This document shows positions 9,191-17,528 of a stretch of 64,000 nucleotides of DNA, piece by piece; within the stretch, counting starts at the first letter, position 1; the number at the start of each line of letters is the position of its first letter. The DNA is taken from positions 37,536 to 101,535 of the forward strand of contig CBDDDS010000001.1 of NCBI GenBank assembly GCA_965226745.1, written 5' to 3'. Position numbers and translations under genes: made by a program. This DNA is from Dehalococcoidia bacterium (GTDB lineage: Bacteria; Chloroflexota; Dehalococcoidia; Lucifugimonadales; SAR202-VII-2). Below the pieces are notes generated by a model that had not been told where the DNA came from, did no database searches, and saw nothing but the letters and a program-made list of their open reading frames with translations.

Positions 9191-9441
9191 CGTGCCTGCA
9201 CCCTCCGAGGTCCGGCTGACAAGCGTAGCCAACATATAATCAGAGGCCACGCTTTTCCCTCGCGGGAACCCTCTGTCCCTATCCCCGTACCTGCGGAAAG
9301 GTTTGGAAGCGTCACTGAGTGACCGAGGCGCCCCGGGCGGGCGGTCCAATTGGCGTGACGGCTAGTGGTGGCAAACGCCGCTTATGCAAAGGTCTCCGAA
9401 GGCCGTAGGAAAAGGGCATCCGGCAGAGCCGGGGCCCCTGC

Positions 9442-10452
9442 TCATCCCACCTGGAACACCAGGTAGACCCCCGCCACGTACAACGCCACGATGGCGCCGC
9501 TGCTTAGCGGCGCCGCCAGAGGCGAACGTCCCGCCCGGCGCAGCAGCAGGATCTGCCCCGTGCCCATGATAATCAGGGCGCAGGCGATTAAACCCGCCGC
9601 CGTATGACTGCGATCCAAAGCGGCGAACACTGACCCCTTGGTGTAGGCGAGGTCGGCAACACCCAGCGCCATCACGTTGAACGCGTTGCTGCCATAGATC
9701 CCTGCCAGGGCAAGGTCCGGTGCCCCAATGCGCAACGCCGTAGCTGTGGCGGTCATCTCAGGCAGCGTGGTGACAATGGACACCAGCAAGACACCCACGA
9801 AGCTCTGGGACAGCCCGGACTCCTCGGCGATGCCCGCCGCCGCGTTCGCCAGTAGCGGAGCCGATAGGAAAATTGCTGTCGCGCAGGCCAGGAAGACCAG
9901 CACTCCCCAGCGGAGCGAGTGCCCGGCTTCCTCTTCGTCCGCCTCATAAGCGTCATCCTGTCCGGACGAAGCGTTCTTCAGCACCCAGGAACCCGCCATA
10001 TAGAAGAGGATGAGCAGCGGCCCGGCAATGTTGACCCCCACCTCCACGTCCAGCCGGACAATGGCGAAAACAGTGGCAGCGCCAGTCATGGCGAGGGCCA
10101 GAAAGGCCACCGTCACCTGCTGCGGCAGGACCGACTGAAAGAGATGCCGGCCCCCCAGCAGAAGGGCCATGGCGGAAAGGGTCGCCATGTTCAACATGTT
10201 GGCCCCGAATATGTTGCCCGCCGCCAACGACGGAGCGTCGATGCGCACCGCCGTCACGTTGGTCACCAACTCCGGCAGCGAGGTCGCGCCGGCCAGGAGA
10301 AGTGTCCCCGCCCAGAGACGCCCCAGCGGCGTCCTCAGAGCGATTACGTCCCCAGACTTCGCCAAAAACGCCGCGGCGCCAACGACCACCGCGGCGGCAA
10401 CGGCAAACAGCCCAATGTAGCCGCCCAGCGACAGATTGAGGGATAGGTCCAT
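9442..10452 (-). CDS. Sodium:calcium antiporter (CaCA family) membrane protein
   Basis: Alpha repeats GATSLPE...GNIFGAN and IVTTLPE...GIYGSN; about 10 TM segments. Confidence 0.88.
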   Translation of the reverse strand: MDLSLNLSLGGYIGLFAVAAAVVVGAAAFLAKSGDVIALRTPLGRLWAGTLLLAGATSLPELVTNVTAVRIDAPSLAAGNIFGANMLNMATLSAMALLLGGRHLFQSVLPQQVTVAFLALAMTGAATVFAIVRLDVEVGVNIAGPLLILFYMAGSWVLKNASSGQDDAYEADEEEAGHSLRWGVLVFLACATAIFLSAPLLANAAAGIAEESGLSQSFVGVLLVSIVTTLPEMTATATALRIGAPDLALAGIYGSNAFNVMALGVADLAYTKGSVFAALDRSHTAAGLIACALIIMGTGQILLLRRAGRSPLAAPLSSGAIVALYVAGVYLVFQVG

Positions 10453-10479
10453 ATGAGTCCTTCAGCCTACGTTACCAAT

Positions 10480-10510
10480 ACAACAACAGGCGGGCCGAAC
10501 GGCCCGCCTG
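10480..10510 (-). terminator. Terminator hairpin in the leader of the antiporter (possible attenuator)
   Basis: Minus strand CAGGCGGGCC-GTTC-GGCCCGCCTG then TTGTTGT, under 30 nt before the ATG. Confidence 0.6.
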
Positions 10511-10647
10511 ACCGGACACACCAGGCTTTGAAAGCGTACTGGAAACACGGCCCAAGCGGAAGAAACGCCATCGGAGCAAGCCGGGGAACGCACGGGAAGG
10601 TTCCGCCAACGCCATCCCGCCGGTCCCTGCCCAGAGCGGAGTCAAAC

Positions 10648-11427
10648 CTACTCCGCTGTTCCCGCAGGACCTACATACCCATGCCCGGCCAGAAACTCCA
10701 AGTCCTCTTTGCCAAGGCAGGCGCGGGCCAGCAGGTCGGGGCGCCGGCGCAACGTCCGCAGCAGCGACTGCTCACGCCGCCACCGGTCCACCTCGCCGTG
10801 GTTGCCGGACAGCAGGACCTCCGGAACGTCCCAGCCCTGAAACGAGCGCGGCCGGGTGTATTGCTGGTGCTGGAGCAGACCCGAGCTGTGCGAGTCTTGT
10901 GCCACGCTCCGGGGGTCGCCGACAACGCCAGGCTGCAGCCGGGCCACGGCATCAATGATTACGACCGCGGCGGGCTCGCCGCCGGTCACCACGAAATCGC
11001 CCAGGCTGATCTCGTCTGTAGCCACGCGCTCCCGCACTCGCTCGTCCACGCCCTCGTAGTGGCCGCAGATCAAAACAATGTCCCCGTGGGCGGCAAGCTC
11101 CTCAGCGACGCCCTGGTTGAATAGGCGGCCCTGGGGACTCAGCAGAATCACCGGCGCCACGGAGGCCTCCCCCTGCGATTCCTCCTGAGCGATGACTTGG
11201 CGCACGGCCTCCACACCCCTGGCCAGCGGCGCCACCTTCATCAGCATTCCGCTGCCTCCGCCGAACAGGTAGTCGTCGGCGGTGCGATGGCGGTCGTCGG
11301 TGTAGTTGCGAATGTCATACAGCCGCACATCAAGGATGCCGGCGGCCACGGCGCGGCCAAGTATGCTGGTCTGCAAAGGGCTATCGAAGAAGCCGGGGAA
11401 CAGCGTCAGAAGGTGGAAACGCATCAT
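10648..11427 (-). CDS. trmD: tRNA (guanine37-N1)-methyltransferase
   Basis: [52 protein letters not shown]. Confidence 0.97.
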   Translation of the reverse strand: MMRFHLLTLFPGFFDSPLQTSILGRAVAAGILDVRLYDIRNYTDDRHRTADDYLFGGGSGMLMKVAPLARGVEAVRQVIAQEESQGEASVAPVILLSPQGRLFNQGVAEELAAHGDIVLICGHYEGVDERVRERVATDEISLGDFVVTGGEPAAVVIIDAVARLQPGVVGDPRSVAQDSHSSGLLQHQQYTRPRSFQGWDVPEVLLSGNHGEVDRWRREQSLLRTLRRRPDLLARACLGKEDLEFLAGHGYVGPAGTAE

Positions 11428-11432
11428 ACGCC

Positions 11433-11957
11433 CTAGTGGCGATGGTGTTTCGGGTGAGCCTCGCCCGCGATGATCTCCGCGGCGTGATGAAGCACGGGTT
11501 TCACCACCGCCAGGCACTGGCGCACCCCGTTGGGGCTACCCGGCAGGTTCACGATGAGGGTCTGGCCCCGCACGCCCGCCACGGCGCGGCTGATCATGGC
11601 CATCCGCGTATGCTGCAAAGACTCCGAGCGCATTGTCTCGGCGATGCCCGGCGCCTCCCGCTCGATAACGCCCAGCGTCGCCTCCGGGGTCAGGTCGTAG
11701 GGGCCAAGGCCCGTCCCGCCGGTCGTGAGAATCACATTGAGCTTGTCCTCATCCGACCAGCGATTCAGCCGATCCTGGATGGCGGCAACGTCGTCAGAGA
11801 CGATCTCGTAGCGCCGAACGACGAAGTCCTCGCCAGCCAGGTCCTCCTTGATGGCCTCGCCGCTCGCGTCGGCCTGCTCCCCCCTGAAACCTCTGGTGCT
11901 AATAGTCAGCACGCCTACGGTGACAGCCACTGTACCTCCCGTGAATGCTCCGCTCAT
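11433..11957 (-). CDS. mog: MogA/MoaB molybdopterin adenylyltransferase
   Basis: [38 protein letters not shown]. Confidence 0.92.
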   Translation of the reverse strand: MSGAFTGGTVAVTVGVLTISTRGFRGEQADASGEAIKEDLAGEDFVVRRYEIVSDDVAAIQDRLNRWSDEDKLNVILTTGGTGLGPYDLTPEATLGVIEREAPGIAETMRSESLQHTRMAMISRAVAGVRGQTLIVNLPGSPNGVRQCLAVVKPVLHHAAEIIAGEAHPKHHRH

Positions 11958-12031
11958 CTTCCCAATTTCCGCCATCCAAACCCAGCTTGCCGCGTAGCCA
12001 TTGCGGCGTTGGCGATGCACTACTTGATTCA

Positions 12032-12057
12032 CAACATATGTACGAAACAAGTGTTCG
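12032..12057. promoter_or_regulatory. Two adjacent LexA-like boxes between mog and mraZ
   Basis: CAAC-ATAT-GTACG and GAAAC-AAGT-GTTCG (reverse complement CGAAC-ACTT-GTTTC, Cheo-box like). Confidence 0.45.
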
Positions 12058-12118
12058 GAACACCGCGAAAAGCCCACAAACTGGGCGAAATACGCTCTTT
12101 TTCGCGTGGTTAAGGGGC

Positions 12119-12192
12119 TTGACTTGCCCAATATTCCCTGGTAAAGTCAGGCGATGTTAGGCAGTTTTAGACGAAAAAAGGGTTCAACAGGG
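12119..12192 (+). promoter_or_regulatory. mraZ promoter and five 10-bp-phased putative MraZ boxes
   Basis: TTGACT-17-TAAAGT (12119-12147); AG(G/A) cores at 12149, 12159, 12169, 12179, 12189. Confidence 0.6.
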
Positions 12193-12203
12193 GAATCCTC
12201 TCT

Positions 12204-12593
12204 ATGTTCTCCGGCAACCAGACCTATAAGGTTGACGCTCAGGGTAGACTCCCTATCCCTCCTCGCTGGCGCACCAGTTTCGCCGGCGTGGCCAAAGTCA
12301 CCCGCGGCGAAGAGAGGCGCTGCCTCTACGTCTATACCGTCCCCGACTGGGAGCGCCGCGCCAACAGCATCAATAGCCGTGAAGACTCCCAAGCCAAGGA
12401 TCACGCGATGTATCGCTTCTTCGGCTTCACGGAGGAACTGGACATCGACAAACAAGGCCGGATTCAGCTCCCACAGATATATCGAAGCTACGCGCATCTT
12501 ACCACAGACGCCGTAGTCGTCGGAATGTTCGACCACCTGGAGATCTGGGCCCCAGACGGCTGGGCCACCCTGGTGGAGACCTTGGAGCCCTAG
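12204..12593 (+). CDS. mraZ: Division/cell wall cluster transcriptional repressor MraZ
   Basis: VDAQGRLPIP and IDKQGRIQLP repeats, VGMFDHLEIW. Confidence 0.95.
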   Translation: MFSGNQTYKVDAQGRLPIPPRWRTSFAGVAKVTRGEERRCLYVYTVPDWERRANSINSREDSQAKDHAMYRFFGFTEELDIDKQGRIQLPQIYRSYAHLTTDAVVVGMFDHLEIWAPDGWATLVETLEP

Positions 12594-12640
12594 GGCTCGA
12601 CGAAAGAAAACGAACGGGGAGGTGCGGAAAAGGGACTGCC

Positions 12641-13579
12641 GTGACGGCCAACGACCTCGTGATCTATCACACACCGGTAATGGTCCGCGAGGTCATCCAT
12701 TACCTTCAGGTCCGGCCCGGCGGCGTATACGGCGACCTTACTTGTGGCGAGGGTGGACATTCCCTGGCCATCCTGGAGGCGGCAGCCCCAGGCGGCCGGC
12801 TCCTCTGCCTTGATGCCGATCCTGACATGTTGGCGGCGGCCGCCAGGAGGCTTCAGTCCCTCTCCAACTCCATAACATTCGCCAATAGCAATTTCGCCCA
12901 TAGCAGGGAGGCCGCCGGGGAGCGCGGCCTGAATACATTCGACGGCCTGCTCATGGACCTTGGCATAAGCAGCAGACATCTGGAGATCAAAAGCAAGGGC
13001 TTCTCCTTCTTGGAGGGCCCTCTGGACTCAAGGCTGAACCCTCGACAGGAATTGACAGCGGAAGAGATTGTGAACACCTACGACGAAAGGGAGTTGGCCG
13101 GGATCTTCGCCGCCTACGGCGAGGAGCCTAGGGCGCGCCACATTGCAGCGGCCATCGTCCAAAGCCGGCCCATCGCCACCGCCCCAGAGCTTGCGGAGGT
13201 GGTGTCCAAGGCAGCGGGAGGCAGGAAGAGCCGGTCGCATCTCCACCCCGCAACCCGCGTGTTCCAAGCTCTCAGGTACGCAGTCAATGACGAGGTGGAG
13301 AACGTAAGATCAGGTCTTGAGCAGGCCGTCGGCCTGCTGGCGCCGACAGGGAGGCTTGTCGTCTTGGCCTATGAATCGCTGACGGACCGCGAGGTTAAAA
13401 CACTCTTCAAACGGGAATCTACCGGCTGCGTGTGTCCACCACGGGTTGTGGAATGTCAGTGCGGCCACAAAGCAACCCTCCGGCTTGTTAGCCGCAGAGT
13501 TGTCACTCCATCCCATGAGGAGGTTAGGACTAACCCCCGCTCACGAAGTGCTCGGCTCCGAGTGGTGGAGCGCCTCTGA
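12641..13579 (+). CDS. rsmH: 16S rRNA m4C1402 methyltransferase
   Basis: HTPVM, GEGGHS, DLGISS, HPATRVFQALR, NPRSRSARLR. Confidence 0.96.
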   Translation: MTANDLVIYHTPVMVREVIHYLQVRPGGVYGDLTCGEGGHSLAILEAAAPGGRLLCLDADPDMLAAAARRLQSLSNSITFANSNFAHSREAAGERGLNTFDGLLMDLGISSRHLEIKSKGFSFLEGPLDSRLNPRQELTAEEIVNTYDERELAGIFAAYGEEPRARHIAAAIVQSRPIATAPELAEVVSKAAGGRKSRSHLHPATRVFQALRYAVNDEVENVRSGLEQAVGLLAPTGRLVVLAYESLTDREVKTLFKRESTGCVCPPRVVECQCGHKATLRLVSRRVVTPSHEEVRTNPRSRSARLRVVERL

Positions 13580-13589
13580 GCGGGCTAGA

Positions 13590-13790
13590 GAACCTGTTCC
13601 CGATGCGCGCAGGGCGACGCGGGCGAGAGGCCAGGGCACAGCAATATTTTGTATTGCCCTGATTGTGGTAAACTACATTATCCACATCTACCTGGTGCGG
13701 TCGACCCCCCCCTGCGACACGGCGCCTCCTCGCGTCGGCCTGCGGGCCTCGGGAGCAGTTCGCGGTTCTACATCCTTCAGGGCTCCGCAT
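13590..13790. ncRNA. Candidate structured RNA (long imperfect closing stem, internal hairpins)
   Basis: ~40-nt arms 13590-13632 and 13721-13762 are imperfectly complementary; AT-rich core with two small hairpins; family not identified. Confidence 0.35.
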
Positions 13791-13821
13791 CCTCGGAGCT
13801 TCTGACCCGGAGGCGTCACTC

Positions 13822-15120
13822 TTGACGATGCGGAATCATCAGCCGCTGCTGGCTATCGATGTGGGCACCCACAAGGTGTGCGCCGCCATCGGCGTTGTGG
13901 GCCCAGCCGGAGGCGTCGAAGTCCTGGGTGTCGGCTACCAGGCGTCCAGCGGACTGCGCAAGGGCACGGTCATCAATACGCATGAGGCAGCCCCGGTCAT
14001 CAGGCGCGCCGTTCTCCAGGCCGAGGAAATGGCGGGCGTGAAAGTCGGCGAGGCGATGGTGGGGGTCACCGGCAGCCACGTCAAGTCCAAGAATCTAACC
14101 ACTGTTTGGGACCACCGGGATGCCGACGCCGCCATCTCTGCCGCCGGCCTCGAAGAAATCCTGGAGCAGAGTCACACGATACCCCCGGAAGAGGGCGAGA
14201 TCCTCCTGCACGCGATTCCGCGCAGCTACATCCTCGACGGCGAAGCGCGAATCCGGTACCCGGTGGGGATGTTCGTCAGCTCCATGCGGGTGGAGACGCA
14301 CCTGATCACCGCGCACCGTTCCCACATCAGCAACCTCGTTGAAGCGGTGGAGCGGGCCGGTGTCAAAATACAGGAACTGGTGCTGGAGCCCATCGCATCC
14401 AGCGAGGCCGCGACCACGGCCGACGAGCGCGAGTTGAGTTGCGTTCTGGTGGACATTGGCGGCGGAACCTCGGACCTGGTCATCTTCAAGGAAGGCTCCA
14501 TCTGGTACACGGCGGTCATCCCCATCGGCGGCGACAACTTCACCACAGACCTGTCCATTGGACTGAAGACCTCTATCCAAGACGCGGAGACCTTCAAACT
14601 CTCCCACGGGCACGCCCTGCCCGACCATATCCGCGAAGACGATGTCTACCAACTCGCCTATAGCGGCACGGACGATCTGCACGAAGTCTCCCGCCTGTAC
14701 GCCGCGCAGCTCCTCAACGACCGTTCTTTGGACCTTGTCCACTACATCGCCCATCACATCAGAGAAGCCGGTCTTCCGGCGACTCCCCATGCGGGAGTCG
14801 TGCTCTCCGGTGGCGCCTCAAAGCTATCGGGACTCCTCGAACTGGCATCGGAACATTTGCCCGGGCCTGTGCGGATTGGCTATCCCGAGGGGTTGTCCGG
14901 AAGGACCGAATCCCTCAGGGGTCCCCAATACGCCACCGTGACCGGCATCCTCATGTGGGCGGCGCGGCACCAGAGGCCAGGTCGCTGGCATAAAGAAGGG
15001 CTAGCGGGGTTCAAGAAGCTCTTCAGCAGGTTCACCGCCACAAAGGAACCGGAGTTCACGCTGCGCAATCCTCAGCAGATTTCCACACAACGCGTTCCTC
15101 GACGGTTCCATCGAAGCTAA
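13822..15120 (+). CDS. ftsA: Cell division protein FtsA
   Basis: DVGTHKV, GLRKG, VDIGGGTSD, IGGDNFTTD, SGGASKL, C-terminal amphipathic GFKKLFSRF. Confidence 0.95.
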   Translation: MTMRNHQPLLAIDVGTHKVCAAIGVVGPAGGVEVLGVGYQASSGLRKGTVINTHEAAPVIRRAVLQAEEMAGVKVGEAMVGVTGSHVKSKNLTTVWDHRDADAAISAAGLEEILEQSHTIPPEEGEILLHAIPRSYILDGEARIRYPVGMFVSSMRVETHLITAHRSHISNLVEAVERAGVKIQELVLEPIASSEAATTADERELSCVLVDIGGGTSDLVIFKEGSIWYTAVIPIGGDNFTTDLSIGLKTSIQDAETFKLSHGHALPDHIREDDVYQLAYSGTDDLHEVSRLYAAQLLNDRSLDLVHYIAHHIREAGLPATPHAGVVLSGGASKLSGLLELASEHLPGPVRIGYPEGLSGRTESLRGPQYATVTGILMWAARHQRPGRWHKEGLAGFKKLFSRFTATKEPEFTLRNPQQISTQRVPRRFHRS

Positions 15121-15137
15121 CAGGGAAGGAGGATCTC

Positions 15138-16220
15138 ATGTACGGACAAGAAATCGACGGCATGGTCAAGATTATCGTTGTGGGCGTGGGGGGAGGCGGC
15201 AGCAACGCAGTATCCCGTATGTTCCAAAACACGGTGCACGGCGTTGAGTACAACGTGGTCAACACCGACGCACAGGCGCTCATTCGCTCGGATGTGGCGC
15301 ACAAAATCCGCATCGGAGACCAGGCTACCCGAGGTCTCGGCGTGGGCGGCGACCCCGGGCGGGGACTTGAAGCCGCCGAGGAAAGCAACGAGGAGCTTGA
15401 ACTGGCTCTCGCCGGCGCGGACATGGTATTCGTGGCCGCCGGCATGGGCGGCGGCACCGGCACCGGCGCAGCGCCCCATGTCGCCGGGATCGCTCGTGCG
15501 TCCGGCGCGCTGACCATCGGCGTTGTCACGAAGCCCTTCCGGTTCGAGGGCGCCAAGCGCTCAAGAGTTGCAGAGGCAGGCATTGAGGCCCTCAAGGAGA
15601 AGGTGGATACCCTCATCGTCATCCCCAACGAGCGCCTTCTTGCTCTATCAGACGAGGAAGTAACGGTGCAGGCTGCCTTTTCCATGGCGGACGACGTTCT
15701 CCGCCAAGGAGTGCAGGCCATCGCCGAGTTGGTGACCGTTCCTGGCGAGATCAACCTGGACTTCGCGGACATCAAGGCCGTTATGACCAACGCTGGTCCC
15801 GCGTGGATGGCCATTGGCCACGCCTCCGGCAACAACCGAGCCGTTGAAGCCGCCCGCGCCGCCGCCGCCAGCCCCTTGCTCGACTCTTCCATAGACGGAG
15901 CTCGGTCGATCCTGCTCAATGTTACCGGTGGCACTGACCTCAAACTCCACGAGGTCGAGCAGGCCGCCAACCACATCCGCGATCTGTGCGCTGACGATGC
16001 GGAAGTTATCTTCGGTATGGTCACAGACCCGAAGATGGAAGACGAGGTTCGCGTTACCCTCGTGGCCACCGGCTTCCCAATGGTCAACGATGAACTGCCA
16101 GACGAAGACCAACTGGGCGAAGACCTGCTTTTCCCACAAATGGACGACGAAGCGCAGTTGGATCTTCCTCCGTTCCTGCGACGCGCCGGGGCGTTCAACT
16201 CCTCCCACAAGCTCGCGTGA
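15138..16220 (+). CDS. ftsZ: Cell division protein FtsZ
   Basis: GVGGGGSNA, GMGGGTGTG, NLDFAD, C-terminal LDLPPFLR. Confidence 0.98.
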   Translation: MYGQEIDGMVKIIVVGVGGGGSNAVSRMFQNTVHGVEYNVVNTDAQALIRSDVAHKIRIGDQATRGLGVGGDPGRGLEAAEESNEELELALAGADMVFVAAGMGGGTGTGAAPHVAGIARASGALTIGVVTKPFRFEGAKRSRVAEAGIEALKEKVDTLIVIPNERLLALSDEEVTVQAAFSMADDVLRQGVQAIAELVTVPGEINLDFADIKAVMTNAGPAWMAIGHASGNNRAVEAARAAAASPLLDSSIDGARSILLNVTGGTDLKLHEVEQAANHIRDLCADDAEVIFGMVTDPKMEDEVRVTLVATGFPMVNDELPDEDQLGEDLLFPQMDDEAQLDLPPFLRRAGAFNSSHKLA

Positions 16221-16286
16221 ACGCCGGTTCCACGAGGTTGCAACAGTAGAACATTCCTCCTCGTTCCTCCCCTGGGTGTGCACAGG

Positions 16287-16320
16287 GCCCCCGGCTTGCG
16301 CCGGGGGGTCTTGTGCGTTT
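16287..16320 (+). terminator. Terminator after ftsZ
   Basis: CCCCCGGC-TTGC-GCCGGGGG hairpin followed by a T-rich tail. Confidence 0.55.
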
Positions 16321-16422
16321 GTGGCGCTGCCGGGCGTCCTCTGCCTCATAGCCCACGCCAGTCACAGAGGGGGGTGCCCCCACCCCCCACCCCCGCCGGT
16401 TACTGCACAGCAGGCGTCGCAG

Positions 16423-17430
16423 CTAGGAAGGCGACAAAGAACTCCTCGTGGCCAGCGACACCGCCACCTTGATGGCCTCCACCATGCTTCTGTGGTCGGC
16501 GATCCCCTTGCCCGCGATATCGAAAGCAGTGCCGTGATCCACCGACGTCCGCACGATGGGAAGGCCCACGTTCACGCTTACGCTTTCTTCGAAGCCATGG
16601 GTCTTCACGGGAATGTGGCCTTGGTCGTGATGCATCGCCAGCACCACGTCGAAGCGCCCGTTGATAGCCTGGTGGAACACAGCGTCGGCCGGCACGGGGC
16701 CCGCGGCATCGATCCCCTCCGCCCGCGCCGCCTTCACCGCCGGCTCGATCTCCTCAATCTCTTCCCGCCCCAGGAGACCGCCGTCGCCGCCGTGAGGATT
16801 GAGCGCCGCCACGCCGATGCGCGGAGTTGAGAAGCCCCACCGGCGAAAGCTCCTATCCGTCAGCCGAAGCTGGGACAGCACTAGGTCATAGCGAACGGCA
16901 TCGCAGGCCTCCCGCAAGGAATGATGTGTCGTCAGGTGCACGCAGCGCAGGCCCCCCGACACCAGCATCGTTGCCACCTCGGCGGCGCCTGTCATGCGCT
17001 TCAGAACGCCCTGGTGGTCGATCTCGTCATACCCGGCAAGGCGCCAGGCACCCTTGTTGATGGGCGCAGTGGCCATTGCCGCAACCTCGCCGGCCGCAGT
17101 CAACTCGATGGCCCGCACGACGGCTTCCATCGATGCCCTTCCCGCCTCGGCCGTGACCTGCGCCAATGGCGCCTGCCCACGCGTCACGTCGTGGACCAGC
17201 AGAACCTCCAACGTCCCTCCCCCACCCTCCACCCTGGCTGCTGTCTCCACGACCCGTAGCCGCCATCCGACAGAAGCCAGCGCCTCCGCAAGAATGGACG
17301 GCGCTCCCACCACCAGAGGACGGCACACGTCCTGTACCTCCTCCTCGGCCACGGCCTTGGCCACAACCTCAGGGCCCACGCCGGCAGGGTCTCCCATCGT
17401 CACGACGATCACGGGGCGTTGGCCGCTCAC
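16423..17430 (-). CDS. pdxA: 4-hydroxythreonine-4-phosphate dehydrogenase family (PdxA/PdxA2)
   Basis: TMGDPAGVGPE, TAPINK, ALNPHGG, HDQGHIPVK, RTSVDHGTAFDIAG. Confidence 0.93.
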   Translation of the reverse strand: MSGQRPVIVVTMGDPAGVGPEVVAKAVAEEEVQDVCRPLVVGAPSILAEALASVGWRLRVVETAARVEGGGGTLEVLLVHDVTRGQAPLAQVTAEAGRASMEAVVRAIELTAAGEVAAMATAPINKGAWRLAGYDEIDHQGVLKRMTGAAEVATMLVSGGLRCVHLTTHHSLREACDAVRYDLVLSQLRLTDRSFRRWGFSTPRIGVAALNPHGGDGGLLGREEIEEIEPAVKAARAEGIDAAGPVPADAVFHQAINGRFDVVLAMHHDQGHIPVKTHGFEESVSVNVGLPIVRTSVDHGTAFDIAGKGIADHRSMVEAIKVAVSLATRSSLSPS

Positions 17431-17528
17431 TCTGTCCTCCGTTTTCTCAGCTTGTCACCGTGGCAAGGCCTGTTTATCATAGCAGGCAATCGAACCAATA
17501 GCCTTTTGCCGCGTACCCAGGAGAAACC

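Larger units (their letters stand above)
8867..9396 (+). mobile_element. MITE-like dispersed element, copy 1 (both terminal inverted repeats)
   Basis: Left GAGACCTCTGCAAAA, right TTATGCAAAGGTCTC, flanked by CG/CG; homologous to 63548-63912. Confidence 0.65.

Noticed and set aside
8321-9349. ORFs 8321..9322, 8981..9349 and 8989..9315 as real proteins
   Set aside because: They overlap the thiolase antisense and/or run through the 11-bp array, which has no stop codons in any frame
10630-10660. yybP-ykoY riboswitch from a GGAGTAG match
   Set aside because: The match overlaps the trmD stop codon within a simple hairpin and the other conserved aptamer motifs were not found
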